Source: Camelus dromedarius (taxonomy: Eukaryota). From it: 64,000 nucleotides of DNA. Made by a program: the position numbers and the translations under genes. The stretch lies in NCBI RefSeq assembly GCF_036321535.1, contig NC_087436.1:100442001-100506000 (forward strand). The letters are read 5' to 3'. The notes under the pieces are model-generated. The model saw nothing but the letters and a program-made list of their open reading frames with translations, did not search any database and was not told the origin of the DNA. Positions 26,154 through 39,876 of the stretch are shown here, one piece after another. How positions within the stretch are numbered: the first letter of the stretch is position 1; every line of letters starts with the position of its first letter.

Positions 26154-26341
26154 AACCACACTGGGGAACTGGAGTCACAGAGAATCAAATAGAACTTCAG
26201 TAGAGAGGGGAAGTCGTTTTCCTTAAAGATAACTGATAACCAGATAACAAAAAAGTGCACATATTTTGGCCAACCAGCAGCCAGTTTTATAAAGTTAGTA
26301 AGGGATGATTCTGAAAGAAAAGGAAGAAAGACAGATGATAA
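26154..26341. promoter_or_regulatory. Candidate enhancer: RUNX + ETS/PU.1 + clustered GATA motifs
   Basis: AACCACA 26154; GGGGAACT 26163; AGAGGGGAAGT 26204; WGATAA at 26227, 26234, 26242 and 26336. Confidence 0.35.
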
Positions 26342-27105
26342 CTGCAATAGTTGATGTTATAGAAATGCATTTTTTTGTGGTCAAAATGATAGGGCTGTTG
26401 AGCTGTTCAATTTTGGCTTCTGTAGATGGATAAATTTGAATTTACAAGTGAACTCACATCTTATTCAGGAACCATTATGTAAATTTAATGTGTACATTTC
26501 AGATAAACTTAGTATCATCCTAAAAATACTCCCTCTCTCTCTCACACTTCTTTTTTTTTTTCTTGTTTAACCTTTGGAGATGGATGTGCTGTTTCTCAAT
26601 AAAACCAATCCAATAGCCAGTTTTCCACCACTACTATGAAAAACATTCTTTCTCCAGATTTATTAGATGAAGTGGTTGCCTTGGTAATGTTAGGATGCCA
26701 AATTGTACCCAAAATGTGTATTTTTAATTAAAAAAAACCTTAAGGCTAAGGGATCCTGCCATCATGGATAGAGTCAAGGGAACAGAAATACATTGAGGGA
26801 AGAACAAATGCATTTACTGCATCTCAAGCTTCTTTAAGCCACAGGTTGAGTCTGAAACATTCATTAACACCACCTCTTCTCCAACATGTCTAGATATTCT
26901 TGTAAACTAGTAAAAGTAATTAACATGTACTGAGAAGTTAATCCAGTAATAACTTGTCACACCAACAGTATTTTACCAATTTTACAAATAATGAGGCCAA
27001 GGAAAGAAGACATCAAATGACTTTCTCCAGATCACATGACTAGGAATCAGGAGAGCTGAGACATAAAGACCCGTGTTCAGGCCCCAAAGACCTGTGCTTC
27101 TTCCC

Positions 27106-27652
27106 TGTGGTAGACAGAACGGCATCCTACACAATCCCTGGGATCATGAATTTGATAGATTTCGCTCCCATGATTAGGTTATGCTATAAAGCTGCATTGG
27201 CTTTCAAATAAGATTATCTCAATGGGCCTGACTTACTCATGTGAACCCTTAATAGCAGAGATTTCTCCAGTGGGTCACAGAGAGGAAGTCAGAAAGATGC
27301 GCTTTGCCTACTCTGGAAAGAAGCAGACATCCTGGTTTTGAGTTGCTAATGGAGAGCGGCAGCATCCAGCAGCTAAGAGCAATAGCAACTGCCTGGGAAA
27401 TGGGGACTTCAGTCCCACAACTATAAGAAACAGATTTCTGCCAATTATGAATGAACTTGGAAGTGAATGTTCCCCCAGAGCCTCCCAGGCAAGAACTCAG
27501 CCTGGACAATATCTTGAGTTCAGGCTGGTGATACCCTGAGCAGAAAACTAAACCATGTCATGCCAGATTTCTGACCTACAGAACTGTGAGCTAATATGTG
27601 GCTACTGTTAAATTTGTGGTGGTTTGTTATGCAGCAATAGCAAGCTAATGCA
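27106..27652 (+). mobile_element. MaLR solo LTR, MLT1E/F-like
   Basis: tgtggtagacagaa start; gatttctgacctacagaactgtgagctaata...ggtttgttatgcagcaatagcaagctaatgca end. Confidence 0.9.
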
Positions 27653-30125
27653 TCTCCTATTTGCTGCCTATGTGAGGGCACTCTACCCACTGTGTGTTTC
27701 TAGATGCTGGTCTCCATGCCAGGCTCTAAAGATTCAGAAAGCAGTCTGAGTTGTTTGACCATCAGTGAATAAATTCACAGTTGGTGTCAAAAATAGTCAA
27801 GGATAGTATGACATAATTGTTTTAATAAACGCATTCTGTGAAAAAAATTGTAAAACAAGTATCAAAAGCTTTTCAACATTTCCTGACTGTGCCTTTATCT
27901 CTATCTGTATGATCCTATGGGAAGAATATACCTATCTCAGTGTTGGCACTGATAATAGTAAAAATCTCAGTCTACCACATATCCCAGAAAATCTGTGCTA
28001 CCCTTAGGAAATGATCTAAATTTACCTTTGTCTAAAAATTGGAGGTTTTTTTCTATCTTCTTTACATATCACCTGCTTATATTTGCTCTTTATTAAATGA
28101 CAAGAAAATTATGAAATATAGAAAATTCTTCATTGTCAAAAGGACTTCATTCTGTCATAGTCTGGTCAAATTTTGTTTTCAAAGAAATTGGTAGGAATGG
28201 CTTTGTCTAATAGTTTTGTTATGACACATATCAATGTTTTTATTTTTTCCCTCTTTGAAGCTTCATGCAGGTTATATCTAAGCAGCTAATGTCCACTGAA
28301 GTACAAGAGATTAACCATTCTTTAAGAACTAAGAAATAATTAAGTTCAAATATTCCATACATACTGATAACAATTAGATGAAAATTATTAATAATATGAA
28401 AGCATAGATAGATTTGTACTAAAATAATATTACATTCCAATTTACTATGATAAATTATGAAGTTGATTGTGAGTTATTAGCAACTCTGCTTTCCAGAAGG
28501 GAAACCAGCAGTATCATCACTATTAGCAATATTCACATCGTAATTATTGCAAAAATTTGAAGCATCTCAATTAGGAAGATGCCCTGAGGCAAGTTTTTTT
28601 TTTTTATAGGCAACACAAATGAAGAAAACAGAATAAACTTAATTGGATGAACTTTTTTCTTAAGGGACTTGAAACCTTCATGAATCCCATATATATTATA
28701 CAAGGGAAAACACAATAAGTATTAATTAAATATTCTGCTATGGTTTGTTGTGGTAGAAATATAAATATAGGTTCAGTTCTGACTTTTTATGTGATATATG
28801 CACACATTTAAATTGAACTAAGCCTCATGAATAAATGAATAATTTTGCAGCTGAAAAGAACCTGAAGGTCTTTTATTTCTCTCAGTCCTCAGTCTCAAGA
28901 AAGAAAGTCCATAATGTCGAACAATTATTTAAAAATTACATGTGTGTTTACATACATGTTAAAATTGGGATAAATATGTGAGCATCCTATTGTTTGATGT
29001 CTGTCCAATGAACTTTCAACTGCTTCCATTGCAGAGACATCAAAACCCTGTCACTGTGCTCTTCCTCAAGCCTTTTCACTCCAATGACTTTAAAGATCTC
29101 TTTGTCTAAGACAATCAAATCAATACTTTTAGCCCTGACCTGACATCCAGCTTCTAGATCAATCTTTCCTACTATTCCTACAATATCCTTGGCTATTTTC
29201 TTTCTCCTTATCCCAAACTCATGATGCTTAAAGTTGAAGTTTTAAAAACATTGCATTCATATTTTACAGAACTTGGTGCACCATTGCAAATGAATAAGCC
29301 CTTTGCAGTTGTGTGTGTGTTTGAATACAAACATACACGTTTTTGATTTATTGAAAGCAGAAATCTTGGTCAGAAATTCAGCTCTGGAATCAGTTTCTGA
29401 GGAGGTACAATCTTGTTTATGGCATAATTACCAGCAATATGTTTCAGAAATGAACTTCCTCCATTCTTACAATTCTTATAATTGTACCCATGCTTAAAAA
29501 AAAATGAATCAAGAAAGTGGAGTCAAAAGCAATAGCTATTTCAATTTTAAAGTTAGAGATCAACTTTCTATAATCCCAAAGGCTAATCATTCTAATCTAC
29601 AGAAGTCTTCTCATTCCTTAGAACTGGAGCACGTTCCAATTCCTCTCTGGGACTCAGGAGAAGTGCTTCGCACTTTGCTGTTACAATAGGTCTGTGCTCA
29701 CCACTTAACTAGTGCCCTTAGGATAACAAACAAGTCTTTCCACCCAGCTCTGTTGTGTGTTCCTTATGAAAAGGACCTTGAATTCTTACTAACACAGTGA
29801 ATTACACTATAATTGTTATTAAATTAATTTTCAGGCTGAGGGTATTTAAATGAGAAAAATAGTTTAAAATGGCAAATTGGTGATTTTTTTTCCTTCTTTT
29901 TTTACTTACTTTTTTCTTTTTTACTTCACTTTCTTCTCTTCCACTTTCTCTACTCCCTACCACTTATACTAATGACTGTCCAAGCTACAGTCACAGGTTT
30001 GTCCTTTATTAACTCAATAATGAATTTTCAAAGTTCTAATACGTAAAAATTACTGGACAGACCCTACGTGGTAAAGAAGATGAAGAGGTCATGGTCTCTT
30101 CCCTCAAGGAGTTTACAATCTAATA

Positions 30126-30351
30126 TGGAGGTCAGCCAACTACAGTCTGTGGGCCAAATAGAGTTCACCCTCTATGTTTGTAAATTAATTTTGTTTGGAA
30201 TACAGTCATGGTTTGTATGTTACGTATTGTCTGTGGCTGCTTGTGCTGTCCACAATGACAAGGTTGAACAGTTGTAACAGAAATCAAATGACCTGAAAAG
30301 CCTAATATGCTCACTGTCTGGTCCTTTACAGAAAAAGTTTGCCAATCCCTG
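30126..30351 (+). mobile_element. MER58A hAT-Charlie DNA transposon, inserted in an antisense L2 fragment
   Basis: ggtcagccaactacagtctgtgggccaaat...ttacgtattgtctgtggctgc...cctttacagaaaaagtttgccaatccctg. Confidence 0.9.
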
Positions 30352-33004
30352 GTGTAGTAGATATTACAGCAGAGAAATATAAGAGTAAGCAAGATGTTAA
30401 AACTAGGCGTGAAAATGTTATGGATGGTACAGTTTAATTAAAACTGTAGGGATGGAAGAAGATTCTATTAGTACAATTTTTGTGGACTCTGAAAAACGAG
30501 TAGGCTTTCAACTGAAAGAGATGAGATGAAGAGAGAGCACTGGTTGCTGACAGTTTTGAAGTGCTAGCAAAGATAAAGCACATATCTCTATCAAATGCTC
30601 CCCTAATTATGGCCAACTAATGGAGGGAGATTTTATTCCAGGCAATAATAAAAGGAGTTTTGTGGCATCTTTTAAGATGTATTACAGATACCTATTACTT
30701 CTAGAATTTTTGGTGTGATTATACCAATTTCTTAGAGTCACATCAAATGTGTGTTAGATCTTATTTATTACTAGAGATGATTTCAACCTTTAAAATCAAC
30801 ATTAACATTGTTAATTACGGAAATAAGAGTTTATGTTAACAAATACAGCTCTTTCTAAGGTATATGCTTTTGGACTTTCTAAAAAATAAGTTAATAGGTT
30901 TAAATGCAGTGTTTATTTTGACAAATTTGCAGGAAATATCAAAACACAATTATTAGAGAGAAGGAAAAAAACATAATTAGTGAGATATTTTGGATATGTA
31001 AACATTTTAAGAGGGATAATGATAAGTAAATATTCATCACATTCAAGGGTTCAAACATATTTGCAGGAACCATATCCTAGAATTAGTATTCTCGCTTTTG
31101 TTTAATTTTCTATTATCATTATTCTTTTACTTAACATATCTCTTCTATTTTATAATCTCACATGATAGCCTTCAGAATAAGATTAAATATTTTAGGTTAG
31201 ATTGTCTGCTAAATTGTCTCCTGATTTTCACTATTTTGTGATCATTTGTTTTCCAGTAATTAAGGCAGAAATTCCATAAAGTATGTTTTATTTATGGGTT
31301 GCACACTAATTAACAATTTACATACCATTTATTTCAATCAATAGTTTAAGAACATGAATAGCATACAATAATAGGCTACTTGTAATACTGAGAACACACT
31401 GTCTCAATAAATATAATTGAATACTACAATAGACTGGAAAAATCTTGCCATAAAAATGTTATAGTACATTTTGAAAATAAAAGAGACATGATATTAAAGT
31501 ATAATTTCCAAGTAAAAGTATCCTAAAATGTTAAAATATTTATGTGATCTTGAGAGAAGTTTAAACATGTAGGTCTTCTATATAAATGACAGTTCTCATG
31601 CATTTGGAGTAATTTTGTAATATTTGATTTTTTTGCTCCAATCTAAGCCAATAATATGAAAACAAATCTTTGGTAAGAATGAAGCTACTATCCCAGCACT
31701 GAGCTCATTTAGGTTCATTGGGGACAACAAATAATGCTATCTAATTAATTAGAATGACAGGAAACTGCATGACACATTTCTTATGGCTGGCTGGTTTAAC
31801 ATTCTAAAACCCTCCTGTTGATTAGAACTTGCATGTTTTAAATAGAAAAGGATGTTAGACATCCCATCTGCTGTGTAGCAGAGCTTCAGGAAAAAAAAAT
31901 AAAAAGGTACATTCAAGTCTTGATAAGTCAAGTCAGCAGAACAAGATAAATGTAACATGTTATCTGATATGCAACATAACAGGCTAACTAATTGTCTCCA
32001 AAATTCTTTTGTTTTCCATTAAGCTATAATTAAAGAAAATAACTCTTTGAAATCTTGGCAGTTTGACCCTATTTGTCATATTGCAGAACACCTCGCTCAA
32101 ACTCAGAATTTCCCTCCATGTATGTATGTGTCCACAAGTGGCACAGTAGAAGAAGTACGATTTCTTTTACACCCAGCACATCATGCTGTGATACAGACGG
32201 CTACACAGAGCTTCATTCCCTTTTATGCACATATTATGAAAGAAATTTACTAGAAAGCATGAATTAAAAAAACACAATTCTATCTCATGGCTGAAAATAC
32301 TAATGGAAAATCATGTACTTTTTGTATATTTCACATGCATTTGACAAGTATATGGATGGAAAATAAATGCACATATTTGAGTCCATCTGAATTAGGTTGA
32401 AACTAGATTTACTGTACATTTGTGTGACATCATATGTGGTCTTCTATAAAATATGAATGTGTAATTATGCTATTTGTTACATGTATGTCCAAAAACACAA
32501 CTGAACCAAAATCCACAATTATTTACCAAAGCAGTACTAGCTGGTGCTCAGTAAAGACAATATATAATGTCTATAAAACTCTCATACTCATAAAACTACT
32601 CATAAGCAAGTAACCATAAGCAAACTCTAAAAGTGAAATTTAAAAAACGCCTTTATACCTTTTCATTTTAATTCTACGGAAATACATTCCTTCAGTTTGA
32701 AAATGGAAAGCATCAACTATTCAGTATTAGATTTTTCAACCCATGGCTAATTTCTAACTCATGCAAAGCAGGAACTAAGACCACTAGATAGGTCAAGGAC
32801 AGAAGCTGAGAAAAAATTTATCTTGGGATATAATGAAAGAAAAATAATGGCAAGTAATTGCCACAAGCAAAATTTCAGCTCATCAAGGCAAATCTGCCAA
32901 ATGGTATACTTATCTAGATATGAGATGAAAATGGGGTATCATCAACCAGGAAATGGAACTAGATTAGAAGGCCAAGATGTAAGTCATAGATGTTCAAAAG
33001 AGTA

Positions 33005-33535
33005 GATCTTAAAATAGACAAATGGGACCTAATTAAACTTATAAGCTTTTGCACAACAAAGGAAACCATAAGCAAAACAAAATGACTACCTACGGAATGG
33101 GAAAAAATATTTGCAAATGATGTGACTGACAAAGACTTAATTTTCAGAATATATAAACAGCTCATACAACTTAATAAACAAACAACCCAATCCAAAAAAG
33201 GCAGAAGATCTAAATAAGAAATTCCCCAACGAAAACATACAAATGGCCAATACGCATATGAAAAAAATGCTCACTACCACTAATCAACAGAAAAATGCAA
33301 ATCAAAACTATAACGAGGTATCTCCTCATGCCAGTCAAAATGACCATCATTCAAAAGTCCACAAACGATAAATGCCAGAGAGGGTGTGGAGAAAAGAGAA
33401 CCTTCCTACACTGCTGGTGGGAATGCAGTTTGGTGCAGCCATTATGGAAAACAGTATGGAGATTCCTCAAAAAACTAAAACTAGATTTACCATATGATCC
33501 AGCAATCCCACTCCTGGGCATGTATCTGAAGATAT
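33005..33535 (+). mobile_element. L1 ORF2 C-terminal fragment (relatively young)
   Basis: ORF 33295-33549 encodes [50 protein letters not shown], the L1 ORF2 cysteine-rich C-terminus. Confidence 0.95.
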
Positions 33536-33544
33536 ATATATTTG

Positions 33545-35280
33545 TGTGACTACCACAGCATGTGCCCCAGCTTACACGGAGCACCTGCTTTGGCCCCTCT
33601 AGCTCTCCAGTAGGGCAAAACTGGCTATTACCAAGGAGAGTGTGCAGTTAGGGAGAACAGAACCAGCTTGGACCTGGCACTGCACCTGAACAGGGTGAGC
33701 GTGGCCATTACTGGTACTCATGAAGACAGTAGATGGGGTGGCCTGGAAAGTAGATGTTGTGTCAGGACCACCCCAGTGCACAGCCTGAACCTCATCAAGT
33801 GTCAGCACCAGTTCCTCTTGCCCCAGTACTGCTCCCCTCTGGCGCAAAAGTGCTGATGCTGGGAGTGGAGGGAGGGCACACTTAGAAGTAAAGGAACCAG
33901 CTCAAATGCAAACCTTAGGGCTTCTACCAGGACCTTAGGACCCAATTGTGTACCCAATAGGTCAGCGTCAGCCACCTAACATAGGAGAAGCCTTGCCTCA
34001 CATCTGGTTGCAACTCTAGCTTCTCAATCTTTGGTCCCAACTCTCACCAAGATGATATTTACCAGATAAAGAGTTCAAAGAATTTGTAATAAGAATGGTA
34101 ACTGAGGAAAAGAATACATGAACACAATGAGGCTTTTAACAAGAAACTAGAAAATATTAAAAGAAAAAAAAAGAACCAGAAGAACCAGTCAGAACTGAGG
34201 AATATAATAACTGAAATTAAAAACACACTAGAAAGAATTAAAAGCAGACTCGTGATACAGAAGAATGCATGTGTTCTGGGAGATAGAATAATGGAAATCA
34301 TTCAATCAGGACAGCAAAAAGAAAGACAAATTTTTAAAAAATGAGACCAGTTTAAGGGATCTCTAAGACAACATCAAGCATATTAACATTCACATTATAG
34401 AGGTCCCAGAAGTAGAAGAAAGAAAGAGGTCAAAAATATATTTGATAAAATTATGGCTGAAAATTTCCTGAACTTGAGGAAGGAAACAGATATCCATGTA
34501 CAGGAAGCACAGAGGGGTCTAAAGATGATAAACCCAAAGAGACCCACACCAAAACATATCACAATTAAAATGATGAGATGTAAAGATAAGAAAGAATTCT
34601 AAAGGCAGCAAGATAAAAACAAAGAGTCACATGTAATGGAGCTGCCATAAGGTTATCAGCTGATTTTTCTGCAGAAACTGCAGGCCAGAAGGAGGGGGCA
34701 TGGTATGTTTAAAGTGCTGAGAGGGCAAAACCCACAATCTATGATTCTCTATCCAGAACAATTATAATTCAGAATCGAAGAAAAGATAAAAAATAACTTC
34801 TTAGACAAGCAAAAGCTAAAGAATTCATCAACACTAACTCAATCTTAAAAAAAAATGTTAAATGGTCTTCTCTAAGCGGAAAAGAAAAGGCTACAATGGA
34901 ATTAAGAATTTATAGGAAAGGAAAAATTCCATTGATAAAGGCCAATACATAGTAAAAAGTCTGTGTACTGACAATTCAAGCTGATACAAAGATTAAAAGA
35001 CAAAAGTTGTAAATGAAACCTTAACTGCAATAAATAGTGAAAGAATAAACATAGAGATATAAAATGTGATATCAAAAACACAAAACATTGGAGGAGAGGA
35101 GTAAAAAACTGTTTAGATTTAGATCAAGTAGATCTGTTAGAAGTATTCAAATTTAAATGACCTCAAAGTGAAAACAAGCAGAACGAGTTAAAAGTCAACG
35201 TATATGAACCCCATGGTAACCAAAACTCAAAAACAACAACAACAACAACAAAAAACCTACAACAGACACACAAAAACTAG
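33545..35280 (+). mobile_element. L1 5' UTR remnant + ORF1 + inter-ORF spacer
   Basis: GC-richer 33545-34040, then ORF1-like DNA (gataaagagttcaaa, aagaaccagtcagaactgaggaatataataactgaaattaaaaacacactagaa, caggaagcacagagggg...aacccaaagagacccacacc, tcagctgatttttctgcagaaac). Confidence 0.85.
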
Positions 35281-35697
35281 AAAGAATGAAACTTCCCAAT
35301 TCACAAGATGAATTGACCTAGAGAGTATTATGCTAAGTGAAATAAGTCAGAAAAAGAAAAACACTGTGTTATCACTTATATGGGGACTCTGAAAAATAAA
35401 GCAAACAAATGAATATAATAAAACAGAAACAGACTCACAATATAGAGGACAAATTAGTGGTTACCAGTGGGGAGAGGGGAGGGGAGAGGTCACAATAGGG
35501 GTAGGGGATTAAGAGGTACAAAATACTGCGTATATAACTTAAATAAGCGTCAGTGATACATTGTGAAGCACAGGAAATATAGCCAATATTTTAAAATAAC
35601 TTCAAATGGAGTATAATCTATATAAATATTGAATCACTACACTGTACACTGGAAACTAGCATAATATTGTAAATCAACTATACTTTACTAAAAAAAG
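35281..35697 (+). mobile_element. L1 ORF2 last codons + 3' UTR + A tail (L1MA9-like)
   Basis: gacctagagagtattatgctaagtgaaataagtcag...gtggttaccagtggggagaggg...atattgtaaatcaactatactt aaaaaa. Confidence 0.9.
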
Positions 35698-36402
35698 TAA
35701 TTACCAATCCATTTATTTCTTTCAGCATCTATCTTTTAAAGTTTTATTTTTAATTATAATTGGAGAGGATTTGGGTGAAAATCAATAGTAGACTTTTTCA
35801 ACAAGAACATTTTAAAAATGCAGCTCCATGTATATATACTGAGTAATTTGATAGCCCATTGTGATATATTTAACTTCTTTTTGGAAAACTCGTAGTACTT
35901 AATAAAGTTTACTGTGCCTTGAAGTGACCTAAAAGGATTCTGGATAAAATCTTCAGGATAGCTGTGAAGCAGAGGGTAATAGTAAATCTATTTTTTATGT
36001 AATTAACCATTACTTAGAGATGCAGTGTATTTTTTTCAAAGATGAAACCTGCAAATATTTTTTTTCTCCTAGAAAGTCAGCCTACTTGAGGGCTCTATTA
36101 TTTGAACGTGTTAGATGCATATCAATTCAATTAATTTATTTCCAAAATAAAAAACTGTGTTCCTGACTTCAAAAAATAAATCGATCAGTCAAATTTTAAA
36201 AATAAAAAATAAAATGGGAGACTATAATTATTTGCCTTGAAGGATAACTGTAAGGATTAGAGATTATAAATGTAAAATGCTGATTTTATAATAAAAATTG
36301 CCAATCTATTCAACACTTTCCAAAGTGCCAGAAGCTAAGTTTTTGGAGTTTTGATAAATTGATCAAAGTCACTTAACTAATAGCTGATAGAATGGGAACA
36401 CT

Positions 36403-36405
36403 GCG

Positions 36406-36448
<43 letters not shown>
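36403..36448. repeat. Compound microsatellite (GC)6(AC)17
   Basis: Read directly from the sequence. Confidence 0.97.
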
Positions 36449-36451
<3 letters not shown>

Positions 36452-36737
36452 TTTCCCTAGCATGCACTGAGACTACCGGCAATACAGCTTTCTGAAGGTG
36501 GGAAAGGAATGGGTGCATAGTAATTTAGTAAATGATACCTCTCTAGGTTTCCCTTGTGCATAACCTACCTCCTCTTTGCGTCCTCTCTAACTCTGCAGGA
36601 CAAGTTTTCAACGTGGGCCTTCTGACTATGAAGGTGCCTTTGCTGACTCTTCTAGTGGAGAGTGAGAGGAAGCCTGTGACCTTACAAAGGAGCAAGACAC
36701 ACACGTCTGCCTGGAAGTCAGTGCCCTAGTGAGTTTT

Positions 36738-36963
36738 TATTATTATTATTATTATTTTTAATTCAAGTATAGCCAGTTGCAATATATCAATTTCGGGTGT
36801 ACAGCATAATATTTCAGTCATACATATACATACATATATTTGTTTTCCTATTCTTTTTCCTTACAGGTTACTATAGGATGCTGAATGTAGTTCCCTGTGC
36901 TATACAGAAATTTGTCTTTTATCTATTTTATATATAGTAGTTAATAGTTGCAAATCTTGAACT
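36738..36963 (-). mobile_element. 5'-truncated camelid-type L1 3' end with target-site duplication
   Basis: (TTA)n tail, L1 3' UTR; TSD CCCTAGTGAGTTTT (36724-36737) / CCCTAGTGACTTTT (36964-36977). Confidence 0.92.
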
Positions 36964-37894
36964 CCCTAGTGACTTTTGATCACAGAGAGCTCTGGATACT
37001 GCTTCTTGTTGCCCGTGTTAGAAACAGGTATGATTTAAGAGGAGGTTTGCGTTGGTTAGAAAATAGGTTAACTAACTGTTCACATCACCAATCTCTAACA
37101 TCCACACCCACACCACACTTCATCCACAAACTTCATTTCCGGCGTACAAGTTACAGATAATTGAATCAAATAGTAACTTCATCTTGGTACTACAGAAAGT
37201 GTGTGTGTTTGTGTTTAAATAATCTATAGAGAAAACCTAAAAGGTGACCTTAAATCAATAAAAAAAAAAATGATGGCTATGTCACACCCACTAAAGTTAT
37301 TTCCAAGTATTTTAAACTGAAGGAGTTGTAAAAGTTCTATTTTGGTTTTTTGAGTTTCACATAGATTCTATTTTGGATCCAAATGTTTCAGAGGATGCTA
37401 TTTTTGTGCTTTTTTTTTAAAGAGGTTTATTTAGCTATTTAAAAAGACCCTAACTGAGCAAAGTAGGTGGATGTAAATTCAACCATGGTATCATGCATAG
37501 TACAGATCAAGACACTGCATATGCAAAATACAGTGTCTACACTTAGAACATGAACACATATGTATTTATAATCTGCCTAGGATTAAAGGGCATTGTAAAA
37601 CACTTGCCTAAAAAGTCTTTTCTTTTTCTATCATTTCTGCTACTTATATTATAATATACTAAACTCTGAAGTAATATTCTTACGTTAAAAAATTTTGTTT
37701 CATTAATCAACTCAACCAAGAAAATATAATGTACATTCGAATAAACTCTCCCTTATTTTAAAGCGCTAAATCTCAGTTTTATGAAATTTGTCATAGAAAA
37801 GGCATAATTACAGTGTATCTAGCTTGTTTGCATTAAAATGATACCCTCCCTATAGCCTGTGCAAAGGGAATAGCTTAGAAATTACCTTGCAATC

Positions 37895-38368
37895 ATCCTG
37901 TCTAAACTACCACCTCACTCTGGGTTATTCTCAGTCTCTGCCCACAGGATATAGTCTTCATCCTCTGCCCTTTTATTTCCTGTTCTGTGTTTGAGACGAG
38001 GATGGAGTGTGGTTGACCTTGGTAGACTACATCATTTGGTTCCCTAGCCAATTGGTGTCTGGTTGGTGGAGGCAAAAGCAGCCGACCCTTGGAAAGGAGA
38101 AGAGAGAGGTTTATTATCCCATCCTCTCAGTGCTGATTTGCATTCCTTTAGAATACCACCAGGTGACCTCTCCTCCTCTCCCAATATCACGAATCTCTGG
38201 CAACCCTATTCCTTCCCTGTGTGCTTTAATCTCAGAGAAAGCAATGCTTCACCAATCTCCCTCACCATCCCTTGTTTGTTCTCTTAACTTTGCCCATGAT
38301 TCTGTGGTTCCTAACATTTTAACCACCTGGGGTGAATTCTGGTTCCTTCTGGGATGCTGACTGATAAA
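37895..38368 (+). mobile_element. ERVL solo LTR, LTR16C-like
   Basis: gttgaccttggtagactacatc, ggagaagagagaggtttatt, cttaactttgcccatg, terminal gggatgctgactgata. Confidence 0.65.
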
Positions 38369-39876
38369 ATCTGTATATCCAATTGATGAGATTCATTTCT
38401 GACTTACTCTTTGCTATAATTATACCATAAACTGATGAAAACTTAATCATACAAGAATGAATGTTTCACACTAGATTTCACACCATTTTCACTAGATAAT
38501 ATATTGTTCAGCATAGTCTGAGGACACACACTATCCTTGCAAACAATCACTCTTCACACATATAAACTCAAGTCATATGAACATAGATCAAAATGTTATT
38601 CTAAGGTGACAGCTTTGTCTTCAAAATGTCATGTGTGACTCATGCTTTGCCTGTTACCTTCTTCCTAGGTAGTAATGTCAGATTATAACCATCCTGACAT
38701 GTCTTATTCTATAATTTTCAGAAGCCACTAACACGTCATATATGACCTCATGAACAACTTTTCTCTTCATCCAATGGTATTCTCTTACCTAATCTAGTCA
38801 CCTTCAATGTTGAAATCTTAATGATCTAAAGTATATAATGAGCAGAATAGATCATTTCTGCCTGCTTTCTCATTGTCACCGTGCTAAAACTTCCAACAGA
38901 AGGAATATTTGCACTGGAGTCTTCTATTGACTAAAACCATGCTTCGCTGAAAAGACTGACCCTCTCTCTGATTTTGTATCCACTTTCTTACTTAAACCTA
39001 AGAGCAATATTGTCCAGATGCCCAATTTCTCACTAGAGTTTTAGTAAATATATTTTTTTCTGATTGCCCATCTCATTAGCCTGGAGTTTCATTAAGAATC
39101 AAGGAACTCAAGCCAAGGACCACACATGCACTTCAGGTTGTAAAAAACCTTTTTTTTGGATGTTCTTTATGTGTGAGCATTTTATTATATGCTTTCTGAC
39201 AAACCTTCAAGCAAACAGTTAAGGTCACTTGTATAGGTTGTCAGATTCATGAAACTGTCCTTGTAGGTATTTTTTTCCTGTTGTTGAATGCATAAAAATC
39301 CATTGAAGAACACTCTTAGGATTAATAATGTCTTAATTACACTAAAATTCTGACATCAAGTGCCTAAATTGACAATGAGAGTAGCTATTTCTTCTACTTT
39401 CCTCACACACAAGAACATAGCTTATTCTGCTACTCTTCATAATTCGTCCTGTCATTCGATTATCTTTATAGCCAAGTTTTCTTCCTTTACATTTCACCTG
39501 ACTTGATCTCTCCTCTTCACAAATTATGTTTGCAATTCTGTTGCAGTGTGTATGTTCCATAAAATCTTTGCCTATTATGAATGCAGTGATTCAACATTAT
39601 TTTCCACTTTTCAGGATAACAAAAGATTATTTCCCTTAAATGTTTTCCAAACACCATGTGATGGTTGATATTCAGGATCTTGAACAATGAAATGGAAGAC
39701 AAGATGATACACGAAAGACATTCAAGTCTATATGATTTAACCATTTTGATTCAAAAATCTTAAAGAAATTTTTTAAAACTAAATGAGACCATTTCATATT
39801 GAAAGCTTCTTTTACTTCCTTTAAGCTTCTTCTGCTTTTTGAAGAACATTCAACGCATAATCTCCAAAGCTGTCTC

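Noticed and set aside
33295..33549. 84-aa ORF with Cys/His motif
   Set aside because: It is the L1 ORF2 C-terminus, not a host gene
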